From the NCBI GenBank assembly GCA_016840065.1, contig JAEOTB010000066.1, positions 1 to 44,135 of the forward strand: a DNA stretch of 44,135 bases. Direction: 5' to 3'. This document shows positions 8,183 to 17,911 of this stretch, piece by piece (the first letter of the stretch is position 1; each line of letters starts with the position of its first letter). This stretch comes from Candidatus Hermodarchaeota archaeon. GTDB taxonomy: Archaea; Asgardarchaeota; Hermodarchaeia; Hermodarchaeales; Hermodarchaeaceae. Under the pieces are notes generated by a model. That model saw only the letters and a list, made by a program, of their open reading frames with translations, was not told the DNA's origin and did no database searches. Both the position numbers and the translations under genes were made by a program.

Positions 8183-11100
8183 GTGATGAACCAGAGAGCC
8201 GCTATCGCTTTCAGTATATTCTTGCTTACTAATTTTCTATCATCCGCTGTTACATACAATACGCCTTTGACTTGTCAGTTTAGCAGCAGTTTTCTGGATT
8301 CAGATGGCAGGTCTCCAGTTCAGAGAGGGGTTTCACTAGTCACCACTAAGGGGGAGCCATCAGATAGGCTGAAAACCCTGATTCACCCTAACCTTGATGA
8401 CACTCCCACCCTACCCAGCGACTTGAGCTTCAATATCACGTCCAATGAGGGCTATTTTGATGGACTCAACTTGTTCGATCCTCGCGGAGAGATTGAGTAT
8501 AAATCGGTCATCATGAATCTCGAGGGGGATATCATTGTAGAGAGGCCTTATTGGAGAATGGTGGAATTCATCAATTCGACACACGTTCTAGGTTTTTGCT
8601 CTGAACATGAAGCAGCACTTTGGAATGTTTATGAAGGAACTGAAACACGATTAGGTATCCAAGGCCACCACGAATTAGAATACAACTGGATAAATAACAC
8701 CATTCTAACCTTCAAGGCATACGTTGTCACAATCAATGAAACGCAATACAAGTATGACATGATTGAAGAATACAACCTGGAAGGGGAGCTAGTCTGGTCT
8801 CTGGATACACAGGATATCATCTCTCCCAATCAGTGGTGCCCTTTCAAGGATGGCTTCACCGAAGCTGATATCACTCATTCGAATTCAATATTCTTTGATT
8901 CAGAAGAAGACACCTTCCTATTCAACGTTAGAAACGTAAATACCTTCTACAAAGTAGACCACAAAACTGGAGAGATCCTTTGGGGTTTAGGAGAGTACGG
9001 CAACTATTCTTTATACGATTCCAATGGTAATCCCAAGGATAACCTCTTCTACCATGCTCACGCTGTCGAGCAGGTTGACGACAACACCTTCATTCTCTTT
9101 GATAACGACTATCATAACCAGACTAACCCCACCTATCCACGTTCACGCATCCTCGAAATAACCATCAACGAAACCACCATGACCGCAAACGAGTCTTGGT
9201 CATGGATTGCCCCCCAGGATTATTACTGCACCTACTTTGGCGATGCAGACCGGCTACCAAACGGAAACAGGCTAGCAGTCTTTGGGGTCCACTACGGTCC
9301 TAGGATTGTTGAGGTTTCAGAGGAAGGTGAAATCGTTTGGCAGCAGGAATTCTCCAGTGGGAATACAATCTACCGAGTGGAAAGGTTTCGCTTTGAACCA
9401 ATTCTTAGCAGCCCTCCCGATATCCACGTAAATTCCTCAGAGAACGTGAATGTTACCTGGCAGGCATTCTACAATTTCCGCCCCAAGAGAGACATAAACG
9501 GAACCTACGCCCTGTACCTAAACAACTCTGAAATCGCAACAGGCATTACCACCTACGACAAGCTCTGGCGCCCCACTAACTTAACCTTCAGTGTGGGTGT
9601 ACTAGAAGATGGACTCTACAACGTCACCCTTGCAGTAACCGATGGAGGGGGACACCAAGCCACAGATAGCCTTAACATGACCATTGGACCATTCTACATC
9701 GAGCGAGAAGGCCCAACAACTATTGAGAAAGGACAGGAGGGCGAGATGATACGATGGAGCGGGTTCACCAACAACCCTCTGTTCTACAACATCACTCTGA
9801 ACAGTACTCTGCACACATCTAATATGTGGGATGGTGAAATCATAACACTTGATCTCGACTTGCTAGAAGAAGGTAGCACTCGAGTGATATTCCGTCTCTA
9901 CAATGGAACCGAACTCGTACACACAGACGATTTCTGGGTCGACGTGGCACCTCCAATCCTACCCGTCATTACGCCCTCCCAACCAAATGATATAACGATA
10001 ACCTGGAGTGGCACACAACCCCTTTCATGGACCCTAACTGACAATTTCCCATCATCATGGAGTCTATTTCTAGAAGGAACAGAGGTGACCAGTAGTTCGT
10101 GGACTTCTCAAACATATCTCCTCAACTGGACCGTACCCCTTCTAGACGAAGGCGAATACAACATCACCGTTGTCGCTTCTGATCTTGCTGGACAAAGGAC
10201 AATCAACACCACCTGGTTAACCGTAGAGTTCCCCAGCCCGCCCATAATCCTTTTTATGTCAGGGGAAACACAATTTCTGTGGGGACAGGAGAACGCTATC
10301 CTGACATATGAGATTCATGGTGGGGTTCAATGGGCTTTGTGGAAGAACGAGGTTCAGATACGAGGGGCAGGGCTATCAGGACACCTGCTAGAGATTGAGA
10401 TAGAGAATTGGCAACCAGAAGGGTGGAGCCTGGGTATCCATAATATCACTTTGGAGGTAACAGATAGTTCCGACGCCTCGTCAACTCTCACCCTCTGGAT
10501 TCAGATAATACTATCTCCAGGTGATCCTTACGCCGATGCCTGTATTGCTTCACATTCTGATTGGTATCTTCATGGAGATAACGCTGTGGGAGCACCTGAC
10601 AATGCCTTCGCAGAGATCTTCCTGGATTACGGAAACGGCTACGTAACCCTTGATATGGGTGCGGGAGAAGAGATACTGGATGGTATTGGTGCTGACTTCT
10701 GGGTGGTGGCCCAGGGCGGCGAATACAACGTCCGGGTCAGCAACAGCCTCACCACCGCCTTCATCACTATTGGCACAGGTCAAGGTTCCCAAGAATACAA
10801 CCTAACCGGGACAGGATTAATCGCCGCACGTTATGTAAGAATCACCTACCTAGACGGTGCAGATGTTGAAGTTGATGCCATCGTTGCCCATAACTACAAT
10901 CAAGCAGGAGGCGACACGGAAGCCCCCCTCATTACAGGGCTGGAGGACTTCTGGGTTCTAGAAACGCAGACAACAACCTCTTTCATCTGGGAAACCTATG
11001 ATGCAAACCCCTGGAATTACAGCTTGTACGTCAATGGTAGCCTATACGAAACTGGTCCATGGAATGGCTCAGACATAACCCTCACTCTCGAAATCACTAT

Positions 11101-11581
11101 GACAGGGGCTTGGCAGAAACAAAATGTGACACTAGCTCTCTTCGATGTTTGTGGCCAGCAGAATCAGGATTCAGTCTTGGTTGACATTCTCCCCATCGAT
11201 AACGACAATCCACAGATTTTCGGTCCAGATGACTTCTGGATCCTTGAGACGCAACCAACCTTCTCTTGGATCTGGACGGGCCAGGATTTAACACCAAGCA
11301 ACTACTCCATCTTCGTTGACGGGATCTTCTATGAGGCTGGTTTGTGGGACGGGTCAGATATTCCCTTCAGTTACAATGTGAGCCGGATAGGACTCCTGAC
11401 AATCACTCTCACTCTCTGTGATTTCTTCGGTCACCAGACAGTTGACACGGTTCTGGTTGAAGTCCGATCGCTTCTCAGCGGACCAGCTGACCCAATCCTA
11501 AAACTAGCCTTGACTGTATTCGTTCTGGGTACCTTTCCTGTTCTATCAACGCTCCTCTACCTGACTCGCCGCCGCAAGTGA
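8183..11581 (+). CDS. Membrane-anchored aryl-sulfate sulfotransferase (ASST)-family surface protein with Ig-like repeats and a jelly-roll-like domain
   Basis: Signal peptide; GHHEL, THSNSI, YHAHAV, ILFDN and GDADRLPNGN ASST propeller motifs; repeated Ig-like units (W...D..P..Y.....G....G.W.G; G.YN.TL...D..G); C-terminal TM followed by RRRK. Confidence 0.8.
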   Translation: MMNQRAAIAFSIFLLTNFLSSAVTYNTPLTCQFSSSFLDSDGRSPVQRGVSLVTTKGEPSDRLKTLIHPNLDDTPTLPSDLSFNITSNEGYFDGLNLFDPRGEIEYKSVIMNLEGDIIVERPYWRMVEFINSTHVLGFCSEHEAALWNVYEGTETRLGIQGHHELEYNWINNTILTFKAYVVTINETQYKYDMIEEYNLEGELVWSLDTQDIISPNQWCPFKDGFTEADITHSNSIFFDSEEDTFLFNVRNVNTFYKVDHKTGEILWGLGEYGNYSLYDSNGNPKDNLFYHAHAVEQVDDNTFILFDNDYHNQTNPTYPRSRILEITINETTMTANESWSWIAPQDYYCTYFGDADRLPNGNRLAVFGVHYGPRIVEVSEEGEIVWQQEFSSGNTIYRVERFRFEPILSSPPDIHVNSSENVNVTWQAFYNFRPKRDINGTYALYLNNSEIATGITTYDKLWRPTNLTFSVGVLEDGLYNVTLAVTDGGGHQATDSLNMTIGPFYIEREGPTTIEKGQEGEMIRWSGFTNNPLFYNITLNSTLHTSNMWDGEIITLDLDLLEEGSTRVIFRLYNGTELVHTDDFWVDVAPPILPVITPSQPNDITITWSGTQPLSWTLTDNFPSSWSLFLEGTEVTSSSWTSQTYLLNWTVPLLDEGEYNITVVASDLAGQRTINTTWLTVEFPSPPIILFMSGETQFLWGQENAILTYEIHGGVQWALWKNEVQIRGAGLSGHLLEIEIENWQPEGWSLGIHNITLEVTDSSDASSTLTLWIQIILSPGDPYADACIASHSDWYLHGDNAVGAPDNAFAEIFLDYGNGYVTLDMGAGEEILDGIGADFWVVAQGGEYNVRVSNSLTTAFITIGTGQGSQEYNLTGTGLIAARYVRITYLDGADVEVDAIVAHNYNQAGGDTEAPLITGLEDFWVLETQTTTSFIWETYDANPWNYSLYVNGSLYETGPWNGSDITLTLEITMTGAWQKQNVTLALFDVCGQQNQDSVLVDILPIDNDNPQIFGPDDFWILETQPTFSWIWTGQDLTPSNYSIFVDGIFYEAGLWDGSDIPFSYNVSRIGLLTITLTLCDFFGHQTVDTVLVEVRSLLSGPADPILKLALTVFVLGTFPVLSTLLYLTRRRK

Positions 11582-11723
11582 GCCCCCTAGGACATTGTAC
11601 GGGGCTCTGCCTGACTCACGCCTGACCAGTAGACATCGTTATCTTGTTCATCGGAAGAGCTCCCAATCTCTCAGAAAGTTGCTGCTTCATAAGATATTAG
11701 GGCTTCAAGCACTTTGTACTCTC

Positions 11724-12164
11724 ATGTCTGATACAGCAGTACTTTGCCCCAAGTATGCATGGTTAGTACTGACCCTAATAGGGATTATCGATTTGGCAAG
11801 AGGCGTCATTCACACCTTCTTTGTTGAATTCGCCGCCACAAACATCGCAGGCCTCAATCTGTCGGTAGTGACACAAGACCAGCTGTTCCTTCTAGCGCTC
11901 TTTGGGGTGTCTAACTACATGACTGGAGCCATCTTCCTTCTCATCGCGTTCAGAGCAAGGCACCTCGTTCCAATAATGCTCCTATTTGTGCTTGGACTAT
12001 TCATGCTCCCCACAATCATCCTCATGGCGGTTCTCCAACCCACAGCCCCTCTATCGGGAGGTGGTCTAATCGGTCCTGCCTATTTACTACTCTGCGGAAT
12101 CACGATAATCGTCCTTACTGTAAGAGACCGGACGTTCCTCATCCGTTCATTAAGAGGTGGATGA
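11724..12164 (+). CDS. Small integral membrane protein (~4 TM)
   Basis: Four hydrophobic segments. The ATG at 11724 is more plausible than the track start at 11595. Confidence 0.7.
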   Translation: MSDTAVLCPKYAWLVLTLIGIIDLARGVIHTFFVEFAATNIAGLNLSVVTQDQLFLLALFGVSNYMTGAIFLLIAFRARHLVPIMLLFVLGLFMLPTIILMAVLQPTAPLSGGGLIGPAYLLLCGITIIVLTVRDRTFLIRSLRGG

Positions 12165-12307
12165 GTTAAGGAGTTAATGCCACACTAAGACATTGCCTTT
12201 ATCTAGCCCAGCGGCGAGGTAACGCCCATCTGGTGAGATGGTCAGCGTCCATACTTCACAATCAGGTGAAATGTTAAGTAGGAGATAGATGACCAACTGA
12301 CTCGGTA

Positions 12308-13453
12308 GTGATTATGTCCTCATACGTTGCTGATTTTGGACCTTTCGATGGTCGTATCTGGCTTAACGCCGCAAGTATTGGGCCCCTTCCCAAGGTAGCT
12401 GTCAAGGCTGCCCAGGAGGCTATCGAGAGGAACATCTCCCCTCATCTGTTGCCCATCGAGTTGTATCGTGAGATTCCCAGTCGCCTCAAAAGAGCGCTAG
12501 GCGAGTTGATTAGTGTTAACCGCTGGGAGATTATCATTGGTAACAGCACCAGTTACGGGCTACACCTCCTCGCCAACGGCATCCCCTTCAAGCAGGGGGA
12601 CGAAGTGCTCTTGGTCAAGGGCGACTTTCCAGCTAGTATCTTACCCTGGCTTGCCCTCAGGAAACAGGGCGTCACCGTCCGTGAAATTGAACCGAAGGGT
12701 CCTGTCCTTCAGGCAGAAGACGTTGCAGAACACCTATCGGATAAGACGAAACTGCTCTGTGCCACCTGGGTTGACTCCTTTACTGGTTATGCCATCGATG
12801 AACAGGCCATCGGTAAGGTGTGCAGGGCCCATGATGTGTGGTTTGTCCTTAACGCTACTCAGGGCATGGGGGCACGTCACATCAACGTCTCTGATACACC
12901 AATCGATGCGATAACCAGTACTGGAGCAAAATGGCTACTCGGACCATACGGGACAGGTTTCTGCTGGATAAAACCCGAACTCCTAAACATCCTCGAATAC
13001 AACCAATGTTACTGGCCAGTCCACCACGGCGACCGGGACCTCGACAAGATGCGCGAGTACCAACTCAGGGACGATTTGGGGGCAGCCGCGTATGATGTCT
13101 TTTCCGCCGCCAACCACTTCAACAACGTCCCCTGGACAGCCTGCATCGAGTACCTCAACAAACAGGGAATCCCCAAGATCCAGAAACACAACGACAAGCT
13201 AGTGGACCGACTAATTCGGGGACTTGATCCCGACCAATTCATTGTAGAGAGCCCTCGCTCTGGACCTGAACGGACCGCTATAGTCGTAGTGAGCCATCGA
13301 GAACCCACCCGAACCCGTGACCTCTTCGAACTACTCACCAATGAGGGTATCGACATCTCCCTCAGAGAAGGCAACCTCCGCATCAGCCCTCACCTCTACA
13401 ATACTCGCGAGGACATAGAACGCCTCATCACCTTGCTCTCAATCTCTACCTAG
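12308..13453 (+). CDS. Aminotransferase class-V PLP enzyme (cysteine desulfurase/selenocysteine lyase/kynureninase-like fold)
   Basis: WLNAASIGP, NSTSYGL, STGAKWLLGPYGTGF (PLP Lys), LRISPHLYNT. Confidence 0.9.
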   Translation: MIMSSYVADFGPFDGRIWLNAASIGPLPKVAVKAAQEAIERNISPHLLPIELYREIPSRLKRALGELISVNRWEIIIGNSTSYGLHLLANGIPFKQGDEVLLVKGDFPASILPWLALRKQGVTVREIEPKGPVLQAEDVAEHLSDKTKLLCATWVDSFTGYAIDEQAIGKVCRAHDVWFVLNATQGMGARHINVSDTPIDAITSTGAKWLLGPYGTGFCWIKPELLNILEYNQCYWPVHHGDRDLDKMREYQLRDDLGAAAYDVFSAANHFNNVPWTACIEYLNKQGIPKIQKHNDKLVDRLIRGLDPDQFIVESPRSGPERTAIVVVSHREPTRTRDLFELLTNEGIDISLREGNLRISPHLYNTREDIERLITLLSIST

Positions 13454-13545
13454 CTGAATACCTATTAGAGTGTTCAGTCTAATGACGCCTCGCCTCGTGG
13501 GGTGTAGTGAACATTGGAGAAAGAAGTAGAGATTTTTCTTGGGTT

Positions 13546-14169
13546 TTAGCGCCAGTCTACTTTGTTCCTCCGAATCAGCTCTCCTAGCGCATCAGATATC
13601 CAGGCAGTTTTTTGGAGCGCTGATTGGGCGAACACTGCTACTGAATCATCTAGTGTTAGGGTTTTAAGGCGTGAGCAGTCAAAGAGGGGTGAGATGTCTA
13701 ACGCCCTCAACGGGTTATTATCGAGCCAGAGTCTTTCTAGCTGTTTACAGTGACTGAAGGGGGAGAGGTCCAATTGTCCCAATCGGTTACCATTAAGCGA
13801 GAGCTTCTGGAAGATGCTGCAATGGCGGAGAGGTGAGAGATCCACTTCTTCCAACTGGTTCTCATAGAGCATAATAACACGGAGGTTTTCGCAGTACTGA
13901 AGAGGGTCTAAGTCGAGCTGTGTCAATCTGTTTCTATCAAGCACAAGAGTGTGGAAATCAGAGCAGTGGCGGAGTGTGGAGAGATCTACTGAGGTCAACT
14001 TGTTTAATGCAAGGGAGAGTTTTTGGAGACGAGGGAAGTATTCGAGGGGAGACAAATCAATGGTAGCAATTTCTTCAGCTGCCAGATTAACTGTCAAGGT
14101 CTTGTCTGGAAATTTCTTGGTCTTCTGTTTTCCATCAACCCGAGTATAAGAGAGTTTTATCTTAGCCAC
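13546..14169 (-). CDS. Leucine-rich repeat protein (22-aa repeats)
   Basis: Repeats such as VDLSPLRHCSIFQKLSLNGNRL. GTG start with an AGGAGG SD-like sequence. Confidence 0.92.
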   Translation of the reverse strand: MAKIKLSYTRVDGKQKTKKFPDKTLTVNLAAEEIATIDLSPLEYFPRLQKLSLALNKLTSVDLSTLRHCSDFHTLVLDRNRLTQLDLDPLQYCENLRVIMLYENQLEEVDLSPLRHCSIFQKLSLNGNRLGQLDLSPFSHCKQLERLWLDNNPLRALDISPLFDCSRLKTLTLDDSVAVFAQSALQKTAWISDALGELIRRNKVDWR

Positions 14170-14304
14170 AAAGACACCTCCTTACCATAGATACAAAATG
14201 CAATTATGTTCTATATATTCTCTACTCCACCTCATGATTCCCATGTACCTTGTAGCGTTCTGAAGAAACGTTACTTTTACCGCTGGCAAGAAATAAAGAA
14301 GAGG

Positions 14305-14326
14305 AGGGCAGCCTTGAAACTGCCCT
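14305..14326 (-). terminator. Hairpin followed by pyrimidine-rich tail downstream of DJ-1 gene 14350..15468
   Basis: AGGGCAG-N8-CTGCCCT, followed on the minus strand by CCTCTTCTTTATTTCTT. Confidence 0.5.
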
Positions 14327-14349
14327 AAGAACAGTCAGGAAATGAATTT

Positions 14350-15468
14350 TTACCGTCTTCTGAGGAAGAATACTACAGCTATCACAACAACGACTGCGCC
14401 TAATGCTCCGCCAATTAGAAGAATCATTTCGAGAGGTAACTGTGGTAACAGCACAGTGACAGAAGCTGCATTTCGTACAACTTCTAAGGTTTGGTCACTG
14501 TCAGTTACTTCTATGGCAACATTATACTCTCCTGCTGCTGAAACTGAAACGCTGCCGGTATACGTACCATCTGAATCAGTGTCAGTAAGTGGTATAGTGT
14601 GTGCTGATGTGTTCGAGCCTTGTAGATAGAAACACGCTTCCATACTGTCGATAGTCGTTGATGTAAGTCCTATGATTCCTGCTGCAGGATCGGTGGTTTC
14701 AATACTGACTGAGAAGGTTGTTCCTGCTCCACTTGAGGATGGTGTAACCGTACAGGTTTCCACGAAGGAGCGTCCAAGAGCTGCCTTGGCAGCCATCGCA
14801 CAGGTCTCTGATGTGGGGGCTACTGTATAGCCGCCCTCAGTTAATCCGCCTCCTCCACCACCTGTGACAAGCTGGCTATCACTGACAGAAAACATTCCAG
14901 TCACAGGGATAGCTCCTGCGCTAGTCCATTGAACAACACTCTGAGTATAATGGGCGACTTTGAGTCCCTCCCACTCACCTGGAGTAATGATTACTCGATG
15001 TCCAATGCAGATTGATGCGATTACAAGTCCGGCTGTTTGAGCGGCTATCACAAGATCATCCACAGCTGAGCTGATGGAGAGGGCCTGCCACTGACCGCCT
15101 GCTGGAACGAAAAGGATGTCATAGTTGTCTATCGTGTTTAGATCAAAGGTTGATAAGAGGTAGCCTGCGGTAATTGGGGATGATGGGCGATTCAGACAGG
15201 AGGGCACTGTGAGAGTTGCGCCACCTGTAACTATTGTGACATCTGCTCCCCATCCAAGGAGAATGTCTCTGACATCAAAGAAGTTCCAGCCGAAGAAGTC
15301 CCCTATCAGGATTAGTGCATCGATATCGTCAATGTCTTGAGCTAAGACTTTGCCCTGGGTGTCTGGTACGAATACCTGAACTGGTCCAGGTGTATTGGGA
15401 ACCTGATAGGAAACCAAGAACATCATAAAGGCTAGAATAAAAACAAGGGATTTACGATTCATAGGCAT
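14350..15468 (-). CDS. Surface-anchored DJ-1/PfpI (class I glutamine amidotransferase-like) protein with Ig-like domain
   Basis: Signal peptide; YDILFVPAGG; nucleophile elbow IASICIG; SDSQLVTG; Ig-like domain; C-terminal TM followed by LRRR. Confidence 0.85.
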   Translation of the reverse strand: MPMNRKSLVFILAFMMFLVSYQVPNTPGPVQVFVPDTQGKVLAQDIDDIDALILIGDFFGWNFFDVRDILLGWGADVTIVTGGATLTVPSCLNRPSSPITAGYLLSTFDLNTIDNYDILFVPAGGQWQALSISSAVDDLVIAAQTAGLVIASICIGHRVIITPGEWEGLKVAHYTQSVVQWTSAGAIPVTGMFSVSDSQLVTGGGGGGLTEGGYTVAPTSETCAMAAKAALGRSFVETCTVTPSSSGAGTTFSVSIETTDPAAGIIGLTSTTIDSMEACFYLQGSNTSAHTIPLTDTDSDGTYTGSVSVSAAGEYNVAIEVTDSDQTLEVVRNAASVTVLLPQLPLEMILLIGGALGAVVVVIAVVFFLRRR

Positions 15469-15540
15469 CCCACGAGAACCTCACTTCTCGCCTTTTAAAT
15501 CACAGTTTATGGGCAAAAATTGTTAGAAAAGTGGAAAGAT

Positions 15541-15559
15541 GGCAGCACAAAAGGCTGCC
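15541..15559 (-). terminator. Hairpin followed by pyrimidine tail downstream of DJ-1 gene 15582..16688
   Basis: GGCAGC-N7-GCTGCC, then ATCTTTCCACTTTTCT on the minus strand. The stem is related to that at 14305-14326. Confidence 0.45.
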
Positions 15560-15581
15560 CTCAATCCTTTGCTGATTATAA

Positions 15582-16688
15582 CTAGGTGCGACGCCTTCTG
15601 AGGATGACAACTACCGCCACTATTACAACCGCAACGCCGACTCCGCCGCCAATTAGGAGTATCAATAATTCGAGTGGGACAGCGGTAGGAGCAGATGGTC
15701 CTGCGATGCTGGAGGCGTTTCTAACAACCTCAAGGCTGAACGTGTTGTCCATGACTTCTATTGAGACGCTGTGCTCTCCCATGTCGACTCCAGTGAAGCT
15801 CCCAGTATAGGTGCCAAAACCTGTACCCGAGAGTGTAACGTTGTGAATAGGCGTAGTTTCGTTGAAGGGATAGACCCGCGCTACAACACTAGCGATATTT
15901 GAAGAGGGAACACTAGCTAATCCAAGGGAAGGATCTTGGGTTTCTACAGTTATGGAGAACTCGGTTGTGGGGTCACCAGAAGCGGGCGTTACTGTGCAAC
16001 TCTGAACGAAGGAACGTCCAAGGACAGTCTTCAGTAAAGAATGACAGAACTCATCAAGCGGAAGGATATTGGTGCCGCCCAGATAGGGTACACCTCCGCC
16101 TGTGCTTCCTGTGGCAACCCAGCTGTCTGAGGCCACAAGAGCGTTATCAACCGGTATCGCACCAGCTAATTCGAAGAGTAACTGTGTCTGTGCATAATAT
16201 GCGACATTGACACCGTTAACAATGTCCCTAGCTTCGAGGATGACCCTTTGCCCTATGCATAAGGATGCAATCACGACCCCTTGGGCATGGGCAGCTGCGA
16301 GTAACTCACCAACTCTTGGGTCTAGGGTCAGACCTTGCCAATGTCCCCCTGGAGGAATAAAGAGACAGTCATAGTTCGATAGCGTATCGAGGTCAAAGCT
16401 AGATAATAGAAAATCTGCGCTAATCCAGGTTGGCGCTGGGTTATAACAGGACGCAACACTCGTGGTAGTTTCAGCTGAGATCACCGAAACACTTGCACCC
16501 GCCGCTTCAAAGTAGGTTCTGAAGTCAAAGAAGGGGTGCCCGAAACCCGTCCCAACAAGGATGAGTACATCAACATCCTCTGCCTGTCGATAAACACCTG
16601 TTGACTGGTTTGGTACAAAACTGATGGTAACGATGGTACAAAGGAGAAGTACAGAGAGTAAAATCGTTTTTCGTTTCACTCCAATCAC
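15582..16688 (-). CDS. Surface-anchored DJ-1/PfpI protein with Ig-like domain (tandem paralogue)
   Basis: Signal peptide; YDCLFIPPGG; IASLCIG; C-terminal TM followed by RRRRT. Confidence 0.85.
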   Translation of the reverse strand: MIGVKRKTILLSVLLLCTIVTISFVPNQSTGVYRQAEDVDVLILVGTGFGHPFFDFRTYFEAAGASVSVISAETTTSVASCYNPAPTWISADFLLSSFDLDTLSNYDCLFIPPGGHWQGLTLDPRVGELLAAAHAQGVVIASLCIGQRVILEARDIVNGVNVAYYAQTQLLFELAGAIPVDNALVASDSWVATGSTGGGVPYLGGTNILPLDEFCHSLLKTVLGRSFVQSCTVTPASGDPTTEFSITVETQDPSLGLASVPSSNIASVVARVYPFNETTPIHNVTLSGTGFGTYTGSFTGVDMGEHSVSIEVMDNTFSLEVVRNASSIAGPSAPTAVPLELLILLIGGGVGVAVVIVAVVVILRRRRT

Positions 16689-16771
16689 CTTTCCGAAACT
16701 GACCCAATCTGTTTAATAAGTTAATTCAATGCGGCAATTAAGGATTCAGTGAACCTTTCTGATTATGAGTA

Positions 16772-17185
16772 TTAGGGGGGTTCATGTGGAGGTGACCAGC
16801 CTGTGACTCCGACAATCTGTTTGCCCCGACGATAGGTAACAGTGACATGTGGCCAATGGAATTGCTCATCACTCAGATTCTGGTGGAGACGAATTTCAAG
16901 GGTCGCTGTCCCCTTGAGCCTAATGGTGCCTCCCATCCCTGGAGGGGACAAACCCGGGGGAATCACCTGAACCTGGAGCTCAGCGGCGGGGCCTATCATA
17001 CCAAATTCGCAGCCCTTACAAGAGACCTGGATTGGCTGACTGGTTAACGGGTCTGTGGGTGTCATACTGACTTGGGTCCATTCGATGTCGCCTCCAGCGG
17101 CAACAAAGATCTTAATGACTCCTGCCAGCTTTGGTTCCTTTCCTGGAGGGAAGGGTGAACCACCTGGGTATCCTTCTGGCTTCAT
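16772..17185 (-). CDS. Hypothetical Pro/Gly-rich beta-strand protein
   Basis: 137-aa ATG-initiated ORF collinear with its neighbours; no family recognised. Confidence 0.55.
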   Translation of the reverse strand: MKPEGYPGGSPFPPGKEPKLAGVIKIFVAAGGDIEWTQVSMTPTDPLTSQPIQVSCKGCEFGMIGPAAELQVQVIPPGLSPPGMGGTIRLKGTATLEIRLHQNLSDEQFHWPHVTVTYRRGKQIVGVTGWSPPHEPP

Positions 17186-17224
17186 AGTAACCCATTAGGA
17201 GTTACTTCATTTAGTTGTTTAGTT

Positions 17225-17911
17225 TTAAGAGGTGTAAGTAGGAGCGGAGCTTTGCCATTCCCAGATAGGCTTAATTCCGTTCGCTGCGGAGAGGACCATT
17301 GTTATCAATGCTTTGATTCTGTTTGAGGTGAGGTCCTTGCGGTGAATTTCAACCGCGATTCCCACATCATTGTCAACATCAAGAGTACATTTCACACCTC
17401 TTGTTCTGTGACTTCTATGGAGTAACGATTTGAGGATAAGACAGCGTTGATGAGGAGTCCAATCGTCTCGCTTGAAGGGATTCAAGATTTCATTATCGAG
17501 TTTGGGGTCAAGGGGAAAAGCAACAATTGTAAGCCAGTCACCGGTCACGGAGATGCAGAAGTTCAAACGTATAGATGCCCAAGAGCTAGTACTCTGATGA
17601 GTGGTCAAGAGTTGTTCTCCTCGGGTTTCGTAAGCGATACCGCATTCACTCAGGAGACTCTGAATACGCTCAATCGTGAACCGGCTCTTTGGCTGGGGTA
17701 TGAAAGTGAGATCAGGAGAATGATTCTGGACCGTTTCTGTGCTGGGTCTCATTCTTCCTTCAACAAACCCTGTGCTTCCTCTCCCTCCACCAACCCTTTT
17801 TTCCCTAAAACGTTCTAGATATCTTCGATGAGACTCCTCTTGACGTCTCCCGAATTCCTCCCAGCTCTCGTTCTCACGACGCTTGTACCTATATTCCTCA
17901 TTATCTGACAG
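17225..17911 (-). CDS. YbjN/T3SS-chaperone-like fold protein with charged N-terminal extension (probable CTG start at 17911; first ATG at 17752)
   Basis: IERIQSLLSECGIAYE...GDWLTIVA...LLHRS...VKCTLDVDNDVGIAVEI matches the YbjN pattern. The frame stays open for 53 codons upstream of the ATG. Confidence 0.6.
   Translation of the reverse strand: MSDNEEYRYKRRENESWEEFGRRQEESHRRYLERFREKRVGGGRGSTGFVEGRMRPSTETVQNHSPDLTFIPQPKSRFTIERIQSLLSECGIAYETRGEQLLTTHQSTSSWASIRLNFCISVTGDWLTIVAFPLDPKLDNEILNPFKRDDWTPHQRCLILKSLLHRSHRTRGVKCTLDVDNDVGIAVEIHRKDLTSNRIKALITMVLSAANGIKPIWEWQSSAPTYTS

Noticed and set aside
12308-13453. Assignment as sufS/iscS
   Set aside because: The catalytic Cys loop is absent and there are no Fe-S assembly neighbours.
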